A DNA stretch of 64,000 bases from Trichoplax sp. H2 (Eukaryota): the NCBI GenBank assembly GCA_003344405.1, contig NOWV01000023.1:186001-250000 (forward strand), given 5' to 3'. How positions within the stretch are numbered: position 1 is the stretch's first letter; every line of letters starts with the position of its first letter. Below are positions 31,301 to 43,000 of the stretch, piece by piece. Both the position numbers and the translations under genes were made by a program. A model generated the notes under the pieces. That model searched no databases. It was not told where the DNA came from and saw only the letters and a list, made by a program, of their open reading frames with translations.

Positions 31301-34300
31301 CAAGAATTCATCCGACAATTCGAAAAACCTCTAAAGCCAGTAGTATTAACAGGTGCTATGGAAAAATGGCCTGCTATGAAAAAGTGGACAATAGAGGTGA
31401 GTTGAAAATAGTACATGCAACACCAAGCTCTGCACACAAACTCCTTACCTATTTACTTACAGAATAACTAAAACCAATTTCTATAATAACCATAATTATT
31501 AATACACCCTATACGCATCAAAAGTATCAGCCATAGTAACATATCAAGATGTTAAGATAAAAAGAACCGTATANNNNNNNNNNNNNNNNNNNNCAAATGT
31601 ACCATCCTTGTTCTTACATCACTCTAGTCTGTATATTTCTTCATCTATCATGACGCGTATTAACGTAAAAATGCGGTAATCATCATTGTCTATTCTTATA
31701 ACTTCCATTTAGAACTGAAAGGTAGCTATGGATGGAAAAAGTTCAATTATGCTAAAACAATGGATTTAAGTTTAAATTCTGTTCGTGATAATGTTGAACG
31801 AGTTGACGTTCGCTCAATAACCCATCAAGAATTCATCCGACAATTCGAAAAACCTCTAAAGCCAGTAGTATTAACAGGTGCTATGGAAAAATGGCCTGCT
31901 ATGAAAAAGTGGACAATAGAGGTGAGTTGAAAATAGTACATGCAACACCAAGCTCTGCACACAAACTCCTTACCTATTTACTTACAGAATAACTAAAACC
32001 AATTTCTATAATAACCATAATTATTAATACACCCTATACGCATCAAAAGTATCAGCCATAGTAGCATATCAAGATGTTAAGATAAAAAGAACCGTATATC
32101 ACAAATAGATATTAGAAAAACGGCCCCAATCCTCTCACCTAACGTGCTGTGTAGTCTACACGATCACTAATCCAAATTGCACAACCCAAGTCATTTTTTT
32201 CCCCTTTTATTCTTATTAGTAATCATTTTATATTTGCATCAAAAATTTCTGACTGATACAGTTTCATTTACTCTAACAAATTCATAATGATAACAGAATC
32301 GGTCTCATCCCTAAAAAACGTTCCCACTAAAATTGCTCGCTTATCATGATATTACGCGTAGAACGGTCTTACTTATTGAAGTACAGTATATTTAGCTAGT
32401 TCTTATTAGATACTGTAAGCCTTACAAAAACACAACGTTTTATTCTTCCTGATCGGCAGCATAAACTAATTATTACCAACTATAACCAGCAGAAAATATT
32501 GTTATATCATGAAAACCATCCTGACCTGTATAACTGTTACTGATTTATCTCCAAGTTGAACGCCTGACTTGAGCATTGATTGAAAGTTAGTTAGCTGTAT
32601 TTACACTGAAATCTTACTCATTAGCTTTGAACTATTCTTATGTAGAGATTAAAGCGAAAATATAAAAATCAACGATTTAAATGTGGAGAAGACGATGAAG
32701 GCTATTCCGTCAAAGTTAAATTGAAACACTTATTAGAATACATGAAACATCAAGATGATGATAGCCCTTTCTATATATTTGATGGCTCTTTTGCAGAGGT
32801 ACTAAATCCAGCCAATAAATAGATGTACAGAAACATGTCAATCTTTTTAATACCGTGAAAATAAAAATTATGCTATCATCTAATACTAGCATTCGAAAAA
32901 GAAACGTTTGTTAAATAATTACGAAATTCCGGAATTTTTTCAAGATGACTTATTTAATTATAGCGAAGAGAAGCGACGGCCTCCACACAGGTACAGTAGT
33001 TGGATATCCTTACTTTATCTAACCTTAGCATATCTATATCCGCTTATTAGCATATAGAATAATAAAAGTAATTCAACGAAGTTATAAATTCCACGTTGCA
33101 GATGGTTTGTTTTAGGCCCTGCACGCTCCGGTACTGGTATTCATATTGATCCACTCGGTACAAGTGCCTGGAATAGCCTAATTTCAGGTCATAAGAGGTA
33201 AAAAATTTCAATATTATTTCGCAACCAAATGGTCAAAATCAAATAGATATAGTTACGTATCACTCATGAAGGATATTTAATGAAATTCTTTGTTATTTTG
33301 TCAAATTCTTAGATGGGCTTTATTTCCAACCACAACTCCAAAGGAATTACTTAAAGTATCTGGAAAGTTAGGTGGAAATCAAAGAGACGAAGCTGTTACT
33401 TGGTTCTCAATTATTTATCCAAAAACACAGTTATCGACTTGGCCCTTACAGTTTAAGCCGGTTAGCAATATTGATGAACTTTACAATACGCCCATTCTTT
33501 ATAACCTATGACATCATGATATCATTTCTATCACTTTGGCGTAGTCAGTACAGTAATGATGGGCGTTGTTGCTGCTGAGTAATAACGAGATTACATCACA
33601 TCAATATACTAAATGGGAGGATTCTAAAATCTTTCAAATTAATTTGAGGGAAAAACTTTTTTACTCTAGCTTGAAATTTTACAAAAGCCTGGCGAGACTG
33701 TCTTTGTCCCCGGCGGTTGGTGGCATGTTGTAGTCAATGTCGATATGACTATAGCCGTCACGCAGAACTTTTGTAGCCCTACTAATTTTCATATCGTATG
33801 GAGTAAAACTGTCCGGTAAGATATATCAAATTATGATGTCATAGGCTATTTATACTAGCTACTATAGCAGTTATCTTATTACTGATATAGACTTGATTGC
33901 AATAATTCTATGAACGAAAGGCACCTTATTATATTTAATATTTCTTATATATCCAATACAGCGGTAGACCTAAACTGTCCAAGAAATGGTACGAAACTCT
34001 TAAGGTGAGTATTTGATGTAATTTTGGCCCTGCTCTCTTTAAATTTGTATCAAAATTGTAATTACCGTCCTTGCTATTTTAATAACTGTTCATCATATCT
34101 TTCTGCACAATTTAAGATAAACATTCTGTTATAGTACGTGCCATTTAACGTGCAATTAGGATAGTTTTAACAAAGTGATACATGTGATTTTTGAGCAGTA
34201 TATACATAATCTAACTACTAACTATTACTGGTGTAATATTTATTAGCGGAAAAGGCCAGAAATTGCTAAAATAGCCGATCAAGTCGACCCAAATAAGAGC

Positions 34301-35312
34301 ACTGGGCTAGCATCTGACTCATCATCATCATCGTCATCCTCATCTAGTGACAACGATAGTAGTAGCTCGTCATCAGAAAGCGATTCAGCTAGTGAAGAAG
34401 ATCATAAAAGAAAACGTAAAAGGTATCATTTGTCAGTGATGATACGTTATTGCAAATACTTTAGGAGCCATTCATATTTACGTCAGTTATTCATGAATAG
34501 TTGTAATACCAAGCTTGTGTTTATATTGAATTTAGATATAGAAAATAAACCACAAAAGAAACAATGAAGGCACTCAATCTTATCATGGAATAACGGTAAT
34601 AGGTAGACTTAACGTTGTTAGAGTTTGTCCATTGGAATAACTCTAATAATGTTATGGTAACAAATGATGAGACAATCATGACTACGTTATGAAAATGCTC
34701 CATTTTGAGCACAAAGTTATTTCAATCAAAAGGAGATTTTATGGAATAGTTCAATCGATGCAAGACCGACAGTAATCCTGTTTTAACCTTGGAAAATTAA
34801 TTAGCATTTTCCTATTATTATCAATGACATACTGTGTATGGTATACTATCGTATTGTTCTATGCCATGAATAAATACATTATGTATATAGAGAAGAGATA
34901 TATATATCAACATGTATGCTTAACTCACAGAATGAGTCAGACTACTTTACATTAAAATCAATCCATTACAATATCATGTATTGTGATAAGTGCGTAGTAA
35001 GATAGCATGTCATCGCCCTTATTACTAACTTATTACGTATGTCAATCAATCAATGGTACAATTTTACGATTTGAGTAGTTGTGCTTCCCTTGTGTATGGT
35101 AACTACATTGTCACTTATCGCCAATCATTTACTATGCGTAGTAATTAAACTTATTCTTAACGGATAATTAGTCTAGCTTACTGTCGCTAAAAATAAATTT
35201 ACACTCAACTTTAGAAATTAAACGGGCGTAATGGCTTTTCTTCTGTAGTGTTGCTATTCTAGTCGCCGATGTTGATGGTAGTAAAGACAAAAAAAGGAAC
35301 AATATTGAATAA
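28372..35312 (+). CDS. JMJD6: JmjC-domain hydroxylase JMJD6 (PSR); multi-exon, last exon tentative
   Basis: [71 protein letters not shown] (HxD), [17 protein letters not shown] (distal His), TQNF, AT-hook-like VR|GRPKL, poly-Ser exon at about 34247-34422; candidate last exon 35249-35312 ([21 protein letters not shown]). Confidence 0.95.
29791..32098. other. Three near-identical copies of the JMJD6 exon 2 region separated by two 20-N gaps (30727-30746, 31574-31593); likely redundant haplotype contigs
   Basis: Segments 29791-30726, 30747-31573 and 31594-32098 each contain the same 209-nt exon (30341-30549, 31188-31396, 31713-31921); the first two both end at ...AAAAGAACCGTATA just before a gap. 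Confidence 0.9.
29961..30290. repeat. Intronic tandem repeat, unit about 114-121 bp, 3 copies here and 2 copies in the redundant segment at about 30917-31137
   Basis: Unit CCTATTCCAC...CAAATGTACCATCCTTGTTCTTACATCAC...CATGACGCGTATTAA starts at 29961, 30082 and 30196. Confidence 0.95.
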
Positions 35313-35624
35313 TATTCAATCATTGATGACGATTCGACGGTTTAAATAATTTCACTCTTCTAATTAATTATCAAATCATACAAAAGTGAAGTTTTGAATG
35401 AGTAATAAATACTAATAGAATAGAAATGATACTTTACTCGATCAATGATGAACATTGTTTTGAATAGGATGATTCACTCGCTATTCGTCAAACGCCTCAT
35501 TTTATTATAAAGTTGTCATATTTAATAATACGATTATCCTAACAATCCTAGTTTAATTTTCCGATGTTGCAACTACAGTACCGATAATATAGCACCCTTT
35601 CATAGCGCTTTATTCGCTTTAAAC

Positions 35625-35637
35625 GTTGCTAGGAGAC
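35625..35637. promoter_or_regulatory. Candidate RFX X-box upstream of the ankyrin/MAP3K19-like gene
   Basis: GTTGCTAGGAGAC (reverse complement GTCTCCTAGCAAC) fits the X-box pattern; a longer-spacer variant GTTGCTAAACGAGAC lies at 36496-36510; a GTGAGT donor at 35662 suggests a 5'UTR exon just downstream. Confidence 0.5.
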
Positions 35638-37033
35638 AAAACCAGTTGATGTCAAAAAAAAGTGAGTTTAATTCCAACTCTTTTTATCTGATTACCATAT
35701 CAATAATTCGTACCCTTTCTATAGTAAATAAACTATTCACGTGGACATTCTTATGCATGACCTTAATTAAAAGTATGCGTTAGTACAGAGAAACCTGGCG
35801 CTAATCTCCAATAGAATTGTTATTTAACCCTTTAAATAGACGCCTTGCTCATTGCCATTTGAAAAGATGAATTACTACTTGGATAGTACTGACGTCAATT
35901 TATACAGCAGTAGTATAGAGTACTTTAAATGTTTATCTTACTCATCCATAGCCAGCTCATGCAAGGCCAGCATAAGATTGACGACTATTTATTTGTAACA
36001 TACTTTTTTTTCAGGCTCTTTAAGTTCGTACAAAAATCCTAGATTATTGAGAAGGAAAAATAGATCATTTTTTAATCAATTTTAATTGGATTTTTACTGC
36101 ATCATACAATCCAATCACTACATAACACTCATCTTGTAGAAGAGTAGAATTCTATCCAAGCAAGGAGGATGATGTAATACGATATGAATCTAGCGACAGT
36201 AGAAATATTGTAAACTTTACTCATGGCACTAATTGAGTAAACTATTGATAATTTAAATCTATTGATTTTTCTCTATTCCATCATGGATAGTTTGTCAATA
36301 AGACTATCCATTGAGTTTCAAAATGATGCCGATTATTGGTCGAAAATTTCTATTAAAAATGCCTAAACTATTGTTAAAATAAATGCGTATGACAATAGTC
36401 ATACTTTAGAATTCATCAAAAAATAGTCGAGACACTTATCATCATGGTTAGTATAGCATTAAAACAACATCCACTACTGTACTAATAGCTGACTTGTTGC
36501 TAAACGAGACAAAATTAAGAAAGACAAGCAGTCATAATTACTATTATTAAAGCTATTCTTTAACTTCTTTACATTTCTACTTTTTTTGTGTGCTCAAACG
36601 AGTCGTTAAAATTCCAGACTATCTACCTTCGCCTCCCTCCAAGTTTTCCTATATTAGCTTTCTTCCCCCCTCCCACTAACTGTATCTTATTTCTTTCTCT
36701 CACGCATTTACTCATCGATCGGAGTAATCAACTAGCATTACATCATTAAGCCCAAGATTGGCCTATCATCAGTTGTAGTCTTAGGCTGTAAAAGTGTTCC
36801 GCCTCAGCACAATTGACAACTGGCCTTGATCCGGTTAGCGCTACCGACGTAATCGTCCATCATCTCCTTATTTTTACTATAATTCAATCATTTGCCATCA
36901 ACAATTATTATTATTAAGACATTAATGTCGATCTCCTTAGTATTGTAATTGTAATAGCGAATGATCTCTTCGACTATTATCCATGATATCATAAAAATTG
37001 ACGTCAGTACTTGCTGCATAAAAGTATAGCAAG

Positions 37034-40000
37034 ATGAAGGTTGGTTCTACTGGTCATAAAGAAGAAAAACCACCTAAAAGTAAGGTCCGGTTGCCAGAAT
37101 TGCGACGTGTCTACTACGAGGTTTCATCGGCTATCTTTAACAATTCATTAAGGTAAAAACAGAATGAGAAGGGAAATTCTTGATTTCTTAGTTTCTATTC
37201 CCATTAGCAATTACCGCCTATGCTGTATAGACGTTTAAAATTAATGGTTAATATGCGTACCAAGAATCAGAATAAATTAGTGTCCCTTTTAGGAATTGTT
37301 ATTAGAAAGGAATAAAATACTGATCTTGAATTAACAATAGTCCTAAGAAGATTTAAAGCGTAGTAAAATAACAACAGTACAATTTGATAGAATAAGAAAT
37401 GGAAGACGAATAAAACGTAGTTCATTAGAATTACCTTCTATCTAGATAGCAAAGTAAAATAGATAGCCGTGAAAAAAAGAATGATCCTTTTAATTCCCAT
37501 AGCTTGTTTAAATATACCCTATTAAATCTAACTTAATTCATGTATCTTGCGACTGCTTTACATATTTTAACTAATACAATTCTACCATTTTTTACCAATT
37601 TCTATCATTTAGTAATGATAAAACTGATCTAATCACAATATTTTTTGAAGCAGTGAAGGTAAGTCTGTGTTTTTCTAACATTAACTGCAATCGATTAAAT
37701 CTGATTTTATTACTTGTATCTTCGGGTGTACTTGTAACACTTGATAACCAAAACAAACTTTTTAAATAATTAGTTCAAATATTAATTACATAGGTCATTC
37801 TTAGGTAGAGTTATCAGCTTCAGTAAATTAACAGATAGGAATACTTTTATAATCTATCACTGAATTAACTCAATGAATAAATCCATTTGATAATTGAAAT
37901 GTTCTTCTTGTTAGAATGGTGATCTTGAACGAGTTAAAAATTTTCTTCAACGTAAAGGCAGTCCGGTAAGCTACCTACAACACCACCTCGACTACCTTTA
38001 GTATAATCTGATTTAGTTTAAAATTTTGAGTAGTCTTCAAGCAATGTTTCCCTTAAATATTTTAACGTTAATTATATTAGCTTTATCAAAGTTTTTACAT
38101 ATCAGTAGTTTGAAATTTTCTATCGATCTCTACGTAGCATTCCCTTCTAAAATCGTACAATGACATTACGTTAGCTTTACCAGAGTTCTACATACCCTTT
38201 TTTACTAAGGATTTTATCAATCTCTAATATTCTCTCTTGAAATCCTATAACTTGTTGAGAGCATTGTTAGCGTTAACAGAGCTTCAGTCAAAAAAATCTG
38301 AATATTGATTTTATCTTTATTTAACCATAAGAAACTTAAAACATTTGCATTAATTAATAAAACACAGTTTAAGTTCCATAAATTACAGAGCTACCCCACT
38401 AGCACTTTAAAGTTACTGGTACTTTCCTGTTACATATTGTAGTCAATATTGTCCTCATTTTCTATCAATTTCTAAGCAACCTAACCGATTGTAATTATCA
38501 TTCTCCTGATCCATAAATGCTACCTAATCTAATAATTATATATAATCAATCCCTACCTATAATATTTATCTACTGTGTGTAATCTGATTCTTTTCATTAA
38601 TTTTACCTTTTTATATAACATGATTAAAAGTTTGAGTGCTAGCAATCTTAAGCACTCCCTACTTCAACTATCCGCAAACTCAGAGTATTAAATACGATAA
38701 GTTAAAACTGTACGATGATAATAAGTTGATAATTTCTCATCATCAAGATTAGTCAATTAAAGCTCGAAGGTAGCGTTTAAAACCCTAAAATTAGGGTCCT
38801 AATTGTAGATTGAGCAATGGCCTCTTTCTAGTAGTTAGCTAGCTTGAAGATAACTTTTTTTAAGTTTCAGTTCATTTTACTACCAATGTTCATTCAGTAG
38901 TTGATTAATAAGAAATAATGACAACTTCTATCCATATAAGAAATTATACGCAATCGGTTATTTCTCTTCCATAAATTTAACTTATTAGCAAAAGGATGAT
39001 GAATATAATTGCCCTCATCAAGGACTTCTAGATCCCCTGAGGATCTAGAAATCCATGCCATTACGAGTATTCATGACTACTGTACTTTACATATAATACT
39101 AATTAGAGAGATATAGCTTACCTGTATATCTATATACATGGGATTTCCCTATTGCTAATAAATGACAGCTTAAAGCATTCAATAACAGTTCAATATCTTT
39201 TCTTGAATACACCTACTAGATTGATATCGATACTAAAGAGAAAAAGACCGGCAATACACCAATAATGTACGCTGTCATGGCAAACAACTTGCCGGTAAGT
39301 ATTTCTCCATGATATAAAAACTTTTATTGCATTAACAGATTAAATAGAGTTAAAAAATTGGAACACATCTCTTTATCCTCCTAATTAACCTGAAAACCGA
39401 ATAGACCTAGAAATAAAATATTGTATATGCGAGCTTGCAAGTTTATTATTGATTCTGAGCTATAAAATAGCTCAGTTCAAATTGTAAAAGCCCATTCGAT
39501 TATTCATAATCGCTGTGAGTCACCAATGGCTCGGATAGAATAGTAAAAGGCCAAGGAAATCACTCATTATTGTTTCTGAGCCACTAAAACAAGTTTAGTT
39601 CAAAATATAAAATTTATTAAATCATTCATATTGGCTCTGAGTCACCAATAGCTGACAGGGGATAGTAAAAACCTGTAAAATCACTCCTTATTTACTCTAA
39701 ATCATAAACGTCTCAGACAAAATTGCACCTTCCTTCTTGGATTGTTCGCAAAGTTCTAATTGAATCATTTCAAACTTCAACATTACTGGAAATGAATAAA
39801 TCGATATTTTTTGGCTTGTAGATGGTTAAATTGCTGCTAAGGTATGGCGCGGATACTACACTACGCAATGCAGAACAAGAAACAATTTTTGACAAATCAA
39901 AAATAGATATGAAAGGATATTTATTAGGTAATCAACCAGTTCTTGACAGTACTTTAGAGAGTATTATCAATTCTAAATTTTTTCTTACCATTTTATCTTG

Positions 40001-43000
40001 ACACTACCCGAATAATCTTTTAATGTTACATATTTCTTCTTGTCCTTATGTAATTTCTCATCCCCTTGCCATTGAAAATCTCATATGCAATCACTACAGA
40101 CACCGTTCGAGAACCAGGTGGGCTTATATACTGACAACTATATTTTATGTATTCTAAGAATGCATAACTATCAAACTATTCTAAGCAGTGATATGGAAAT
40201 ACCATTCACCGATCCCTACATGACAAAGTTATCCATCTTTTTTCAGGTCCTTCAACTAAAAAACTTTTGCAATCAGCTTGGCAAGGCAACGCTGAAATAG
40301 TCAGAAAAATTCTGGTGGGTAGCTTCTATTTTCTTTCTCTTATATAAACACTAATACTATCTTCTGTAATGAAAAGATAATTTAAAATCAATTCACTTAG
40401 CCCCAATATGGCTGTAACATTAAGATGGAACCCATTCAAATAGTATAATCATTGTTTATGTTCCATTTCTCTCTTCTAGTCTAGTGGAAAAGCAGCCAAC
40501 ATTAATGGTAAAAACTCTGAAGGTTGTACACCATTACTATTAGTAACAAGAGATATCAAAATGTTTACAGAAGGTACGAGAATATTGCTTCAATCGATAC
40601 ACCATTATGATATTGCTAGTTGATAATTTCTAATTCCAATAACTGGACATTTTTCAACTTGATCATAAAGTGAATCAAGCCCTTCAACGAGATTATAAGC
40701 CGGTAGAAGTCGTAACAGAATTATTGCAATACAGCGCGTAAGTCCGTTCAATAAACTAGCTGGTGCATCTTTAACATTTTTTAAAATGGCATCGAATTGG
40801 AAAGAGTTCGGTTTAGTATAGGATATTCGATAAGATAAGAAGATTAGTTCACTAAAATTTTTCTATAGGGAGATATCTTGACTAAATTATATATTAATAA
40901 CTCTCTGGCAAATATTTACACTCATAGTCTGATCTAACATCTAGCCGTAATAAGAAATTGATTTCAGTATTACCTGATTGTATGAGAATTGCCAGCCAAA
41001 TAATCTTTGACGAAATTGCACCTTAATTATAATCCCTTCAAAATTCGACTCTACTAGGCAGTTCAGATAAAGCAAAGGAATTAACGTGATATCTATCTTG
41101 ATTTTGATTATATTATACCTTTCCCATCATACTTAGTGAAACTAGCATTCGAGATGTTAATGGCTATACACCTTTACATCATGCTGCTGCTGCCAATAAT
41201 GATATTGCAACGACCATTATTTGCTTACTGCTGGATAAAGCGGAAGCTAATATAGGTAAGCTCAATTTTATAACATCATTCTCTAACATCAACCATCTTA
41301 ATAGTATTCTGGAAATAACATTAACTTACGTGTTTTGATGATAACTTCATCCATAAGCTTATTTTATTCTATTTCAATGATAGATATTGCTGATAATCGA
41401 AATTATTCACCTCTCCATCATGCATCGAAAAGTGGCCATGTAGCAGCTGTCAATACCCTTGTCGAAAAAGGCGCTAACGTTAACGCACGCAGTGATCAAG
41501 GCGAAACTCCACTCCACTTATCCGTAAGTTTTTACACTTAAATTTCGAAGTTGGATGTTTGGTTATAGCCATAGTAACCCAAAAGTAAAATCAACAGTAT
41601 CATAGAGTAGATCATAACCTAAAAATTATCTTCACTCGATAGCTCCAACTTGATAGATATTGATAGTCTTGAATTATTTTTCCATCATCGATTTATTAGG
41701 CCTCAGGTGGTCATGAAATTGTTTCAACAACTTTACTCAATAATGGAGCTGATATTACTTTAGTCGATAATGATGGTTTAACACCGGTGGATGTAGCCAA
41801 GACAAGCCGACTTAAAGCAAAATTAAGAGGTAACCTACATGGCCAAAATGTTGAATGTCTGTAGTATTAGTTACAAGAAATAGCCATGGATCAACATTAC
41901 TAATCCTATTAAATAATTTCGGTACATTTATAACCTATTTCATAACTTATGGCTTAGATGCATGGGCAGAACAAACCTATCTGAAAGTTGATATATCGGA
42001 ACCACCAGCGGAAAATAATGACAGTATTACTCAAACAGATACTAAAGTACGATCATTTATGTCTACTCGATATGTTTAATACAAACTTTCATTTAAAACT
42101 TGTTTCCAATTTGATAGATATCACATTGTAAGCTATAATTAAATGATATTATTCTAAATTTGATTTATTTTACAACAAATAGCAAGCTGATGCCAGCACA
42201 TCAACATCAGTAACAGCCAAAGAAAAAGCGAAAAGTAAGAGAAAATAGCAATACTGCATTCGTATATAAAATATTAGCAACTGCTGTGACATAGTAGGAC
42301 GTGTATCTTAATCTGGATTTTGTTATTATGTCAATAGATGGAGAAGTAGAAAATGGTTCTCTTCAATCTCCTAAAAAACAGCCTAAAAAGATTAAGAAAA
42401 CGTTAGTATTACCTCAATACATAAATAATAAATAATTATACAGAGTCTTGGTAAGCTATTTAATCTACTATCCTCAGGGCTTACTTTTCATCGCCAGTAG
42501 AAGGAATAAATAGAATTAATTCACAGTATCTTTACGCTGACAATAAGGAAATAAATATTTTCAATTACAGGAAAGACATTAAATCGACTCCTATCAAACC
42601 TACTACAAAACCGATAATCGAATCTCAAAATGGATTTCGACTTATTTCATTTGATCGAAAGCGATTAGATCAAAAGAATAAAAGTTGCGAAGGAAGAATC
42701 CAGAGTACAAAGACACTCTCTTCCTGTAGCTCAGGATATAAAAGTTCAGAGAAAAATAAAAATATATCGCGCAGCGTATCCTTACAAGGCACATGGACAC
42801 AAAAAGTTTCTCATCAATCAGGTAAAATCATCCTATTTCAACTTAGTATGGCAGCATATCTATATGCGTTAAATATACAGTATTAAAAGAACTAGGAAAA
42901 AAAATCAATATTTTAAGAGTAGTTATAAAAATTAGAGACTGAAGAGTCGCTGTCACCTCTGGCAGTATCGTAAGCGTTAGTAATTTTTTCATGTTTGCTT

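Noticed and set aside
30341..31921. Real tandem exon triplication in JMJD6
   Set aside because: Copies are identical, bounded by N gaps and frame-disrupting if co-included; an assembly artefact is more parsimonious.
38783..38798. Telomere-like ACCCTAA/TTAGGGT inverted pair
   Set aside because: Single units only; not an interstitial telomeric array.
42776..42783. U12-type donor-like GTATCCTT
   Set aside because: It lies inside an open exon that already splices in phase at a GTAAAA donor at about 42822; no matching U12 branch point was seen.
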